Positions 1 to 9,552 of a DNA stretch of 64,000 nucleotides are shown one piece after another. Under the pieces are notes generated by a model. It had not been told where the DNA came from. It saw only the letters and a list, made by a program, of their open reading frames with translations, and searched no databases. The translations under genes and the position numbers were made by a program. Source of the DNA: Planctomycetota bacterium (GTDB lineage: Bacteria > Planctomycetota > Planctomycetia > Pirellulales > PLA5); assembly GCA_029259895.1 (NCBI GenBank), contig JAJDEG010000313.1, positions 360-64,359 of the forward strand, in the 5' to 3' direction. Each line of letters opens with the position of its first letter. Position 1 is the first letter of the stretch.

Positions 1-258
1 GTCTCCGAACTCCGCTTCTACGTCGCTCCAGGCATCAAGGCGGCCAATCACTTCGCTATATAACTCGGCACCACCTCGATTGCCTTTGATTGTTAGAGTG
101 ACAACAACGTCTGGATCCCATTGCCGATAAAGATAAACCGACCATGACCCGTCTGGACTAACAGCCGTCGCATAAAGATCGGCGCTAGAGGAGCAGTGGT
201 TGGAAGCACACGCGACACAATTTGCGATGGTTAGTCCTACGAGAGTAAACCGAATCAT
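1..258 (-). CDS. hypothetical lipoprotein, N-terminal part (CDS runs off the left edge)
   Basis: ATG at 258-256 (minus) opens an uninterrupted frame to position 1: MIRFTLVGLTIANCVACASNHCSSS... This is a hydrophobic signal segment followed by a lipobox-like IANC. It is absent from the ORF track because no stop lies inside the window. G+C is visibly lower than in neighbouring DNA. Confidence 0.4.
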   Translation of the reverse strand, partial: MIRFTLVGLTIANCVACASNHCSSSADLYATAVSPDGSWSVYLYRQWDPDVVVTLTIKGNRGGAELYSEVIGRLDAWSDVEAEFGD

Positions 259-905
259 CGCATGACGCGGACTCCGATTCCGCGTGCCACGTACTGCCCA
301 CCTTGAATTACTTTCGATTGCTAACCGACACATAGTCGTACCTCCACATGCATTTCAAATTGCTCGGCGGGGTGGCACTGACGACGCCGTAGATTCTGCC
401 AAACGGCCGACTTCCGTCCATTCTCGCGGGGTGCCACCGGCGCTGCCAGTGAGACCCGCCGCCCCGCGATCCACCAAGACGAGCCACCGAATCGCACCGC
501 AATCAACGAAGCAAACCGTCCCGGCGCACAGCCCCTCCCGTCTTGCCCAAACAACCCTTTTTAACCGCCCGCACAGCGAGGTTTGTGAACAAACTCCCAG
601 AGAAAACGGGGGGATGCGTTAACAAACCTCCTTCCTTCCACCGCCATCCGTGGTCAAGAGCATGCGCTCACAATCTCGTTCCATTCACGGCACATCGCGT
701 TCATCGTCGCAGCGAAATCCAATCGCAAAAAAACAACGCCCAAGCCTACCCGATCCGCCGCCCGATTTCCAACGATTTTCGGCCACCCCCACGGTGGGAA
801 CCGACCTACTTCGTCAACGCATGTTGTGCGGCGGTCTCCCGACCGCCGCACCCACCCCGACCGAAGGTCTCCATCCCGCACGCCGCCGCCGAACCTGCCA
901 GCGCT

Positions 906-2057
906 TCATCGAGCGCGCCGCGCATTCTCCCCCGCACCATTCCTCCCCGTCGTCAACAACAACCGGCTAATCTTCCGCCCAGTCGTATTCAGCGGCAATT
1001 TCTCAACCTCCGCAGCCGCACACCACCGCACGCGCCGCTCGACCGTTCGGCCGTTGCCGCCATTCACTTTTCCGGCCTTGCGACCGTCCACGCACTCCGC
1101 CGCATAACACTCCAGCGTAATGCGAAACCGCGTCACACTATGCCGCATCGTCGCCAGATGCTCGCCCGGTGCCACGTTGACGGCAAACTCGTCGCGCATC
1201 GCATCGCCAATCCGCCGCCCCAGCGCCGCGCCCCGTTCGTCCCCCAACTCGATCCGCGGAAAGTCCCACAGCCCCGCCCACCGCTCCCCTTCGCCGTGCT
1301 GCATCAACAGCACGCGGCGGTCCGCCCGCCGCACGACAACCGCCGCCTGCCGCACGGCCTCAATCCGCGGCTTGACCTTCGCCCGCGGAATCACCGCTTG
1401 CAGCCCCCCGGCAAACGTCGGACACAGCATCCGCAGCGGGCAACCGTCGCAAGCCGGATCGCGCGGCGTGCAAAGCTGGCTACCCAATTCCATCAACGCC
1501 TGATTGAACTCGCCCACCGACTTGCGCGGCAGAATCTCCTCGGCAACCTGCCAAAGATGCTTCTGCCCAGCCGCATCGTGCGGATTGCCGCGAAAGGCGA
1601 CCAAACGCGACAGCAGCCGCACCGTGTTTGCTTCCAGAATCGGCTCGCGCCGGTCAAACGCAATCGACAGAATTGCCCCCGCCGTATACCGCCCAATGCC
1701 CGGCAAGCCCCGCACCGCCTCGCCATCGTCGGGAAAGCGGCCGTCGTGCTCGCTGGCGATTTGCCGCGCCGCCAGATGAAGCTGCCTGGCACGGCGATAA
1801 TAGCCCAATCCTTCCCACAGCCGCAGCACCTCGCTCTCGTCCGCCGCCGCCAAATCGCCCACAGTCGGAAACGCCACCATGAACCGCTCGAAATACGCCT
1901 CGACGGTCGCCACCTGCGTTTGCTGAAGCATGATCTCGCTAATCCACACGCGATACGGATCGCGATCGGCTCGCCAAGGAAGCGGTCGCGCCGCTCGGCG
2001 ATACCAGGCAAGCAACCGGCGAGATAGCGAAGGCGGCGGAAACGGCGGGTGCGTCAT
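906..2057 (-). CDS. mutY: A/G-specific adenine DNA glycosylase MutY
   Basis: 383-aa ORF with the HhH-GPD signature EIMLQQTQVATV ... GLPGIGRYTAGAILSIAF and the 4Fe-4S cluster loop CTPRDPACDGCPLRMLC. It has a C-terminal NUDIX-like MutY domain. Confidence 0.9.
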   Translation of the reverse strand: MTHPPFPPPSLSRRLLAWYRRAARPLPWRADRDPYRVWISEIMLQQTQVATVEAYFERFMVAFPTVGDLAAADESEVLRLWEGLGYYRRARQLHLAARQIASEHDGRFPDDGEAVRGLPGIGRYTAGAILSIAFDRREPILEANTVRLLSRLVAFRGNPHDAAGQKHLWQVAEEILPRKSVGEFNQALMELGSQLCTPRDPACDGCPLRMLCPTFAGGLQAVIPRAKVKPRIEAVRQAAVVVRRADRRVLLMQHGEGERWAGLWDFPRIELGDERGAALGRRIGDAMRDEFAVNVAPGEHLATMRHSVTRFRITLECYAAECVDGRKAGKVNGGNGRTVERRVRWCAAAEVEKLPLNTTGRKISRLLLTTGRNGAGENARRAR

Positions 2058-2125
2058 GCAACTCGGGGGGCGCGGCTAGCAGGGCGAAATCGAGACACGC
2101 CGAACGGCCGCAGGCAAGGTCCGCC

Positions 2126-2449
2126 CTACATCACCCGATCTTGCGCCCACGGATACCGCCGGCCGGTCGAGAACTCCTTGTAGGGCTGCGCCGTGGCGTC
2201 GTGCAGCGTCGCGGGATTATACGCCGCATTGACCGCGTCGAGAATCGGCCCGATCTCCGCGTCGCCATATCCCACCCCACGGATCTCAAAGAAATCGCGA
2301 TTGATGTCGAACACCTGAAACTTGTCGCTCCACACCAGCGCGCGGCGAAGCGATCGCAGCTCGTTCCGCGTGCGTTTAAGAAACTCGAGCGCAGCCGCAA
2401 CGTCGCCCGGCGTATGGTCGAACGCGGCCAAAGGCTGTGGTTCGGACAT
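2126..2449 (-). CDS. hypothetical protein (107 aa)
   Basis: ORF co-oriented with the cluster, 86 nt downstream of the VanZ-like gene. No motif recognised. Confidence 0.45.
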   Translation of the reverse strand: MSEPQPLAAFDHTPGDVAAALEFLKRTRNELRSLRRALVWSDKFQVFDINRDFFEIRGVGYGDAEIGPILDAVNAAYNPATLHDATAQPYKEFSTGRRYPWAQDRVM

Positions 2450-2535
2450 GCGTATATCCTACCATTCTCGGTCTACCGAAAGACGAACCGTAAGTCTCCC
2501 ACGACGACGGTCGCGACGTCGCTCCCATGCGACGG

Positions 2536-3990
2536 TCATTGTACTATGTCGCGTGCCGCGCGCGATTCGGTCCGATCGGCGTCTTCGCTGGACGACCCAG
2601 CACCACTAAGAACGTAGTGCCCGGCAAGCAAACCGACCGCGACGCCCGTCGTGTAGAAAAGCACATCCGTCACGTCGGGAAAATGCGGGGGAAAGAAGGT
2701 CTGAGCTAGTTCGATCGCGCAGCCGAGCATCGCGGCGAGAACGACGCAAAGCACCGAGGCGATGCGTCGCGATCGCGAACGAAACGTCGCGCGGCGTATG
2801 GCCACCGCCGCGACGACGCCCAGCGGAAGAAAAGTGATGATCTTGCCGAGCATCTGCGACACGGCGTTGAACTCCGTCCCCCAGTAAAGCTTGGAAAATG
2901 GCACGCAAAAAAAGTTTCTAAAACGCAGATCGATGCGTCGCGAATCGGTAAGCACCTCGAAAGGCTGACAGTAAATCGCAAACAAGTAAGCAACGTAAGC
3001 CAGGCAGAAACCGAGAACGGCGAACCAGAAGAAGCCGCCGCTCGCATCTCGCGCTTCCTCCGACGCCGCCTCCGACACCGCCTCGCGGCGTTTCGTCGCG
3101 CGGATCGCCATCCCCGAACCAATCGCCACGCCGACGGTCGCGACCAGCACGTCCGTAGTCGAGGTGTAGCGGGAATACACGAACACCTGCGACAGTTCGC
3201 ACATCACCACGATCGCACCGCCGCAAAGAATCGCCCACGCGCCGCGCCACCCAATTCGAGCCAACGGCCCGATCGCGCACCACGCGCCCAACGGAACGTG
3301 GAGCGCCATGTCCGTCGCCACGCCCGCCAAGGCCTCCAAGCCCCATTGCCAAGATACAAACGGCACGAACTCGATGCGGCCGAGCTTATACTTCTCCCAT
3401 ATCTCGCGCGGGTGAATCGTGATATCCAGCGGAAGCACCTGGTAGACGATCAAGCCGGCCACGTAGACTTGCAGCAGCCAAGCCAGCCGAGACGATGCGC
3501 GACGGCTCGACGTCGCCGTTCGCAGCCATCGAGCGAGCGGATTCGCCGCCATCCACGCGAGTGCGATCCCCAACGCCGCGCCCAACGACTGCGCTTGAAT
3601 GTCGTACGCCGACGCGACGCGCGTGGGAAACCACGATTGCGAAAACTCGATCGCGATCGTCACCGCTCCGCATCCGATCCAAATCGACGCACCGCCGGCT
3701 AAGTACCTCCACATTTGCGACGGGCGATCGACGACGAACGTCGCCATCGCACAGAAACCGATCGGAACGAACAACAGAACGTTTGCTACCCAATCGGCGC
3801 GCGATCCGATTCCAATCTCAAACAACGGCAGTTCCTTAAATCGCTGCACGGCATCGCCAAACGACAACGGCACCACTTCCCACGGCACCAACGACCCGTA
3901 AGCCGCAAACAGCACGAAGCACGCCGTCGCCGCGAGAAAATGCCGGCGTTGTGGAAACGCCTGCGAAAGAGGATTGCCGCGATGAGTCAT
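2536..3990 (-). CDS. multi-domain VanZ-like integral membrane protein
   Basis: 484 aa, strongly hydrophobic. A VanZ-type motif occurs three times: IEFSQSWFPTRVASAYDIQAQSLGAALG, CELSQVFVYSRYTSTTDVLVATVGVAIG, IELAQTFFPPHFPDVTDVLFYTTGVAVG. The start ATG overlaps the upstream stop (ATGA at 3987-3990). Confidence 0.6.
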   Translation of the reverse strand: MTHRGNPLSQAFPQRRHFLAATACFVLFAAYGSLVPWEVVPLSFGDAVQRFKELPLFEIGIGSRADWVANVLLFVPIGFCAMATFVVDRPSQMWRYLAGGASIWIGCGAVTIAIEFSQSWFPTRVASAYDIQAQSLGAALGIALAWMAANPLARWLRTATSSRRASSRLAWLLQVYVAGLIVYQVLPLDITIHPREIWEKYKLGRIEFVPFVSWQWGLEALAGVATDMALHVPLGAWCAIGPLARIGWRGAWAILCGGAIVVMCELSQVFVYSRYTSTTDVLVATVGVAIGSGMAIRATKRREAVSEAASEEARDASGGFFWFAVLGFCLAYVAYLFAIYCQPFEVLTDSRRIDLRFRNFFCVPFSKLYWGTEFNAVSQMLGKIITFLPLGVVAAVAIRRATFRSRSRRIASVLCVVLAAMLGCAIELAQTFFPPHFPDVTDVLFYTTGVAVGLLAGHYVLSGAGSSSEDADRTESRAARDIVQ

Positions 3991-4856
3991 GACGCGGCGG
4001 CTTGCCGTGGCGACGACAGCACGTCGGCATAAGCGCGGCGCATCGTGCCAAACGGAAACTCGGCCAACATCCGCCGTAGCCGCGATTCCGTGCGCCCGAG
4101 ATTCACGTAGTGCCGAAATGCGGCCCCGCGGCCGACGCCGCTAACGCGCGGCTGATCGGGATCGAACTCCCAAGGATGAAGATAGACGTTGGCCGGCATC
4201 CCGTCCGCGTTCAACCGGCGCACCGCCGACCGCGTAATCCAAAACGGATACAGACGAAAATACCCTCCGCCGGCGACGGGCACGTTCCAACGAGCGACGC
4301 GCATGACGCTCATCGGAATCTCCCAAAGATTCTCGGCGACTTCGTGCGGCCTCGTGTTCGCGTCGCCCATGCCGTACCGATCGCGCAGATTCGTCGGATA
4401 CACGCTCGAGTCAAATTGCATGTCCAGTTCGGCAAGAATCGGCCACGCCCAGCGCGATTGCTCGGTGATCGAAAACGAAGGTGCCCGATACCCGGTCGGC
4501 CGCTGGCCGCACGCCCGTTCGATGACGTCGATCGACCGCACGACGTCCTCGCGAAATTCGTCCGGCGTCTGCGAGTAGACGAGCCGATGCCAGTATCCGT
4601 GACTCGCGATCTCGTGCCCCGCGTCGGAGATGTCGCGCACCAAAGCCGGCTCGCGTTCGGCCACCCAACCGAGTACGAAAAAGGTCGCCTTGACGGACGC
4701 CTCATCGAGCAAGCGAAGGATGCGATGTGTATTGTCGACGACGCGCGACGGCTGGCTGTCCCACGTTTCACGGTCGACGACGCCTTCAAACCCCGACACT
4801 TGAAAGTGTTCTTCAACGTCGATCGAAAGAGAATTAATTACCATCGCTGTGCTCAT
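3987..4856 (-). CDS. polysaccharide deacetylase (NodB fold), PEP-CTERM-locus type
   Basis: 289 aa with SIDVEEHF, ATFFVLGWVAE, HEIASHGYWH, YRAPSF and LHPWEF. This pattern matches my recollection of the exosortase-locus deacetylase subfamily (TIGR03006-like). Confidence 0.88.
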   Translation of the reverse strand: MSTAMVINSLSIDVEEHFQVSGFEGVVDRETWDSQPSRVVDNTHRILRLLDEASVKATFFVLGWVAEREPALVRDISDAGHEIASHGYWHRLVYSQTPDEFREDVVRSIDVIERACGQRPTGYRAPSFSITEQSRWAWPILAELDMQFDSSVYPTNLRDRYGMGDANTRPHEVAENLWEIPMSVMRVARWNVPVAGGGYFRLYPFWITRSAVRRLNADGMPANVYLHPWEFDPDQPRVSGVGRGAAFRHYVNLGRTESRLRRMLAEFPFGTMRRAYADVLSSPRQAAAS

Positions 4857-4874
4857 TCTAGCATCGCACGCAAT

Positions 4875-5588
4875 CTACGTCGCAAGCGTAATCGCCATAC
4901 TCTTAATGTGGCAATACGCCATTCCGGCCAACTGCGCTGCCCGCCCATCCGCATCGTGGCGATCGCCGATCACGATGCATTGGCCCGGCGGCACGTCGAG
5001 GCGGCCAGCCGCCGCGACATATCCGGCAGGATCCGGCTTGAGCGGAAACGTCGTCCCTCCTTCACCGTTGGCGATCACCACGTCAAACAAGTCCGTGGCC
5101 GCCAGCGAATCCAACTTGCGTCGCGCCGGATAGTCGCTAACCAGCGCCGTGCGGCCGCCGGCGGAGCGGAACCGTGCGATCGACGATAGCAATCCCCGCC
5201 GCCGAAAGAGCTTAATCCATTTGCCCGGCCGTTCGACCATCCACCGTTGCACGACGCGGTTGACGGCTTCCTCCGAAAGCGTAAGCCGATCCGCCGTACG
5301 CCGAATCTGCCGATCGAATGCGCTTCGGCTAGCATCGCCATCGACGCTCGTATCGCCAGTATCCTCGGAAACGTTTCCGCCGCGCATCCGCTCGTGCTCG
5401 CGGCGAAATGCTTGCACGATCCGAACGTCGCGCCAGCCACTCACCGCCAATTCCATTGCCATCGCCATCCGCACGCCCAGTGCATGGTACAGCGTACCGT
5501 CCAGATCGACTAACCACGCGCGGAAGTCGACCAACGAACGCCCCGCGGCGTCCTCGGCAGACTCCTTGCTTGTGGCGAGCTCCTGCAT
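4875..5588 (-). CDS. HAD-superfamily hydrolase
   Basis: HAD motif I is LVDLDGTLYH and motif IV is VIGDRHDADG. The ORF-track start (5735) would overlap the upstream gene by 145 nt. The ATG at 5588 (MQELATS...) lies 2 nt after the FemAB-like stop, so I chose it. Confidence 0.7.
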   Translation of the reverse strand: MQELATSKESAEDAAGRSLVDFRAWLVDLDGTLYHALGVRMAMAMELAVSGWRDVRIVQAFRREHERMRGGNVSEDTGDTSVDGDASRSAFDRQIRRTADRLTLSEEAVNRVVQRWMVERPGKWIKLFRRRGLLSSIARFRSAGGRTALVSDYPARRKLDSLAATDLFDVVIANGEGGTTFPLKPDPAGYVAAAGRLDVPPGQCIVIGDRHDADGRAAQLAGMAYCHIKSMAITLAT

Positions 5589-5590
5589 CG

Positions 5591-6661
5591 TTATGGAATC
5601 CCCCGCACGATCGACGGCCCAATTAGCCGCGTGAGCCACACCGGTAATTTCCGCCACGCGGCGATCATCGCGCGATACTTCGGATTGTCCGGACGAACGT
5701 CGTCGACTTGCCCCTGTCGCACGTAATACTGCCAAACCGCCGTCTCAGGCGCCGCGCCCCATTGCTTCTTGAATCGAAACGTGTTGCTGTCGACCGTGCT
5801 GCGCCCAAAATCGAAAACCTTGCCGCCACGATCGATGGCCCGCTGAAGCAGTTCCCAGTACATCCACATATTCGCGTTGAGAACATTGTACTCGCGCAGC
5901 GAGCTGGCGCAGGGCACTTCGGTAAAGCACTCACCATGCACGAGCAGGGCCGCAGCCACCGGCCGATCGCCGAGCCGCGCGACGCAAAACTCCGCCTGCT
6001 CGGGAAACTGCGCAAGTATCTCGCGAAACAGCCGCCGCCCAAACACCGGCGTCCCCAAGTCGCGCATGTTGCGGCTGAACACGTCGTAAAAATCGCCGAG
6101 CAACTCCCCGCCACCCCAAGCGGCGGAAAGGCCCGAACTCGCCCCCTTGCGGACCTGGTTGCGAACCTTCGGCTTGAAACTCGCCCACAGCACGTCCGAG
6201 GTCGTCGGCAGCGGCAATCGCATATGGACTTTGCTCGTTCGCGTCGCCGTCAGCGCCGGATGGTCGATTCTGGTCGCCGCCTCGTGCCGTAGCTCCAAGT
6301 ACCGAACGTCCAGCGCGTCGGCCAATTCAACGGCCTTCTCGATCAGCAACCGCGCCACCGAATCGTCCGCAGCCACGACGCCCGCCGAATTGATAAACGG
6401 CAGGCTAACGAGAAAGCGGCCAAATAGCTTCGTTCGAACGAAAACGAGCGGCAGCGTGCCGACAACCTCGCTATCCCGTTCCACGACGATCAGATAGGGC
6501 GCGTGCCCCAAACCGGCCGATACGGCCGACAGCCAGCGCTGCCGATCGTCCGTCGGCTCGGCCAGTCGTGCCGCAAGTTCCGCGCTTCGCCGAACCGCAA
6601 CGCGCACACCGCTCGCGCCGGCGGCGAGAATCGTCGAGTCGTCGACGGCGTCTTGTTTCAT
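5591..6661 (-). CDS. FemAB-family (aminoacyl-tRNA-dependent transferase-like) protein, exosortase-system-associated type
   Basis: 356 aa. Size, context and overall sequence resemble the FemAB-related PEP-CTERM-associated family (TIGR03019-like, by recollection). It sits between the HAD and carbamoyltransferase genes. Confidence 0.7.
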   Translation of the reverse strand: MKQDAVDDSTILAAGASGVRVAVRRSAELAARLAEPTDDRQRWLSAVSAGLGHAPYLIVVERDSEVVGTLPLVFVRTKLFGRFLVSLPFINSAGVVAADDSVARLLIEKAVELADALDVRYLELRHEAATRIDHPALTATRTSKVHMRLPLPTTSDVLWASFKPKVRNQVRKGASSGLSAAWGGGELLGDFYDVFSRNMRDLGTPVFGRRLFREILAQFPEQAEFCVARLGDRPVAAALLVHGECFTEVPCASSLREYNVLNANMWMYWELLQRAIDRGGKVFDFGRSTVDSNTFRFKKQWGAAPETAVWQYYVRQGQVDDVRPDNPKYRAMIAAWRKLPVWLTRLIGPSIVRGIP

Positions 6662-6697
6662 AGCCGTTTGGCCCGCGGTGCGAACACGAGACCGCTT

Positions 6698-8569
6698 TCA
6701 GCTCGAGGCATGGGCCACTTGCCTTGCCGTCGCCGATGCCGATTGCTCGTTCTCGACGGCCGACACGAGAAACGGACCGATGGCCAGGTAGTCGAGACGC
6801 CCAAGCTGAAAGGCGCGGATCGCGTCTTGCGGCGTGCAGACGATCGGTTCCTCGTGCATGTTGAAACTGGTGTTGATGACGCTCGATATCCCCGTGCGGG
6901 CTTTGTATTCCGTAAGCACGCGGTAAAAGCTGGGATTCGATTCGGCCGAAACCAACTGCGGCCGCGCCGTGCCGTCGATGTGTACCGCGGCCGGACACTG
7001 CGCGCGCATCGACGCCGTGCAGTCGAACGTAATCGTCATGAACTCGGACGTAAACTCGGCACCGTCCATGCCCAAATAATTCTCGTTGCGATCCTCGTAA
7101 AGAGTCGCCGGAGCGAACGGCATGAACTCGGTCCGACCCAGCCTGTGGTTTAGCCACTGATTCACGCCCGGATCGTGAGCGGAATAGAGAATCGAGCGAT
7201 TCCCCAACGCCCGAGGACCATATTCCATGCGGCCGTTGAACCTCGCCACGACCTTCTTGTCGGCAACGAGCCGCGCAATTTCACTTTCGATATCCGCCTG
7301 ACGCTGGGCCGGCAATCCCGCGTCGCGAAGCGCTTGGGCAAGCTCCGCCTCGGAATAATCGGGGCCGAGATACGCGCTCGCCATGCGCTGCGGGCGAACG
7401 CCCAACTCGCGGCATTTGAGCATCGCCGCGCCCGTCCCACATCCGCCGTCGCCCATATTGGGATGAACGTAGATTCGACGCACGCCCGATATCGCGAGCA
7501 TGCGTTGGTTTAGCTTAACGTTGGCCGCCACGCCGCCCGAAAGCACGATCGCGTCGCTCCCCGTCGACTCCACGTAATGCGTCACGTGGCGAACGACAAC
7601 TTCTTCGAGCACGGTCTGATAGGCGGCCGCCAGGTCGATCTTTGCGAACCGAGTCGATAGGTAACGCGAAAGGTAGAGATCGCTGCTGCGGCGAAAGCGG
7701 AAATGGCCGCCGTCCCACTCGAACAAGCTGCGAAGCACGTCGCCCAGCACGCTTGCATCGCCGTAAGCCGCCAATCCGACCACTTTGCCGGCATGGCGAT
7801 CCGGACGCATGCCCAGCGCCGACGTCACGGACTCGTACAGCGTGCCGAGCGAATACGGCGTCTCGATCCCGTCGATCCGCTCGATGCCGTTGTCGTCGGC
7901 TACGCTCACCGACCCCGACAGTCCCGATCCGTAGGCATCGAGCGTCACGACGAGTGCGCGATCGAATCCGCTCGCATAGTAAGCATTGGCGACGTGTGAC
8001 GCATGGTGCTCGACGCGCTCCAGCTTCGTCTCCAAACCGAACTCGCGCAGGCCGGCGAGCAATTCCGACTCGTAACGCTGGTGATCCGCCGTCGCCGCGT
8101 CGAGCCATTGTCGAAACTGCCGGGCGTTCGTTCGATCGCCGAAAATCCCATCGCTCGATGCCAGGCGATAGTAGAGTCGCTTGTGCCAAGGTTTCTGCAT
8201 CCGTTCGTTCGGATCGCCGAGGCCGGGAATGGCTTCGTGTCGCAAGGGAACGCGCTTTGCCGCATCTCGAATCAGCTTGTGCAGCGGAATCTTTCCGCCA
8301 CGGCGATTCAACGCGTAGTCGCTCGCCACGTTCTTATGCATCAACTCGGTTTCGCGGGCGGCGTCGAAAAAGGCGTACATGACGTGGTCGACGTCGTCAG
8401 CCGTGATGCCCGCCAGACGCAGCACCATGTCCAGCGCCATGCGAGGAAAGCCGGCGTGCATCTTCTGCCGACTCAGCCGCTCCTCGGCGATAGCATGCGT
8501 GACGACGCCGTCGACCATCAGCGAAACGGTGGCATCCTTGTCGAGCGGCGATATTCCGAGAATGATCAT
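6698..8569 (-). CDS. carbamoyltransferase (NodU/CmcH family)
   Basis: N-terminus MIILGISPLDKDATVSLMVDG...ERLSRQKMHAGFP, then VEHHASHVANAYYASGF, and a C-terminal YrdC-like half. The ATG at 8569 forms an ATGA overlap with the upstream stop (8566-8569). Confidence 0.88.
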   Translation of the reverse strand: MIILGISPLDKDATVSLMVDGVVTHAIAEERLSRQKMHAGFPRMALDMVLRLAGITADDVDHVMYAFFDAARETELMHKNVASDYALNRRGGKIPLHKLIRDAAKRVPLRHEAIPGLGDPNERMQKPWHKRLYYRLASSDGIFGDRTNARQFRQWLDAATADHQRYESELLAGLREFGLETKLERVEHHASHVANAYYASGFDRALVVTLDAYGSGLSGSVSVADDNGIERIDGIETPYSLGTLYESVTSALGMRPDRHAGKVVGLAAYGDASVLGDVLRSLFEWDGGHFRFRRSSDLYLSRYLSTRFAKIDLAAAYQTVLEEVVVRHVTHYVESTGSDAIVLSGGVAANVKLNQRMLAISGVRRIYVHPNMGDGGCGTGAAMLKCRELGVRPQRMASAYLGPDYSEAELAQALRDAGLPAQRQADIESEIARLVADKKVVARFNGRMEYGPRALGNRSILYSAHDPGVNQWLNHRLGRTEFMPFAPATLYEDRNENYLGMDGAEFTSEFMTITFDCTASMRAQCPAAVHIDGTARPQLVSAESNPSFYRVLTEYKARTGISSVINTSFNMHEEPIVCTPQDAIRAFQLGRLDYLAIGPFLVSAVENEQSASATARQVAHASS

Positions 8570-9552
8570 GGAACCGAGGATTGCAGGAGGAAATCGTGGT
8601 ATTCGCGAATCGTGAAGCATCGCGCAGCGAGCCGCTCGGTACAAAAGTGTAGCACCTCGCGGAGCGTGTCCAAGAACGCATCGCGGTCGGATTCGCTACG
8701 CACATACGGCGTATTGCCCGGTTGTATCGACGGGCTGTGCAGTGTCAGGTTCAGCATTTCGTGCCCAGAACTGGCCAATACTTCGGCAAGCCGACACATG
8801 TCCGCCGCCGCGTAGCCTTCCGGCGAAAGTACGATTTTACGCAACAATCGCGTATGCCACAAAACCCCGATCGCACGCAGCCGACTCAACGAGCCAGATG
8901 ATAGCCGCCGATGGAAGGCAGCGACCTTAGATTGGTGCCCGCGCGAGAAGCCGACCGTGCAGGGAACCTCAAGCAAGCGACGCGATATACCGCTCTGTGG
9001 ATCGTCGGCATCTAGCCAAAACGGCGTCGGACCAACCTCGGCGAAACTCGGCCCCAGCCCATCCGACGAGTCGGTGTACGCAATCGCGCTCGTATCCGTG
9101 TTGAATCCCAGTTCGGCGAGGTGCGGTGCGAATCCGTAGTCGAAGCCGTATCGGCCAGCCTTATACGTCGTCGGGCGAACGCCAAATGCCGCCGCGACGG
9201 CGTCCGCCAGCACGCCAGTTTTTTCGACTTGCAGCGATCGCGGCAGGTTGCACAAGTACGTGTTACGCGGGCATATCTCCTCGACCACCGGCGGATTGAC
9301 CCAAGGGTGGACGTGCGCGCCGATCTCGCACGCCCCGCGATCGTGGAACGAACCGAGCATCGCCACGCTCTCGTCGGTCGTCGCAATCGGGTGATCCACA
9401 ACGTACGTCGGCCGCACGCCGCAAGACTCAAACACATCCTGCAAACGAGGAAGCTCAGCAACGTGCCCCACCGACCGACGATCGGAAGACACCGGAGCAT
9501 CCCAGTCGAATTCCTCCTCCGTATCGACAGTCACAATTAGGGCGAGTGTCAT
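8566..9552 (-). CDS. polysaccharide-deacetylase-like protein (WalW-like)
   Basis: 328 aa with LIVTVDTEEEFDW, RPTYVVDHP and GAHVHPWVNPP. The start forms an ATGA overlap with the upstream stop at 9549-9552. Confidence 0.6.
   Translation of the reverse strand: MTLALIVTVDTEEEFDWDAPVSSDRRSVGHVAELPRLQDVFESCGVRPTYVVDHPIATTDESVAMLGSFHDRGACEIGAHVHPWVNPPVVEEICPRNTYLCNLPRSLQVEKTGVLADAVAAAFGVRPTTYKAGRYGFDYGFAPHLAELGFNTDTSAIAYTDSSDGLGPSFAEVGPTPFWLDADDPQSGISRRLLEVPCTVGFSRGHQSKVAAFHRRLSSGSLSRLRAIGVLWHTRLLRKIVLSPEGYAAADMCRLAEVLASSGHEMLNLTLHSPSIQPGNTPYVRSESDRDAFLDTLREVLHFCTERLAARCFTIREYHDFLLQSSVP

Noticed and set aside
543-2027. 494-aa plus-strand ORF, plus many other long ORFs antisense to or out of frame with the called genes (for example 12489-13703, 14035-15210, 37433-38590, 50715-52091).
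   Set aside because: Their translations are Arg/Pro/Ala-rich low-complexity strings with no motifs. They lie opposite genes with clear family signatures. This is the expected artefact of stop-codon-poor high-GC DNA.
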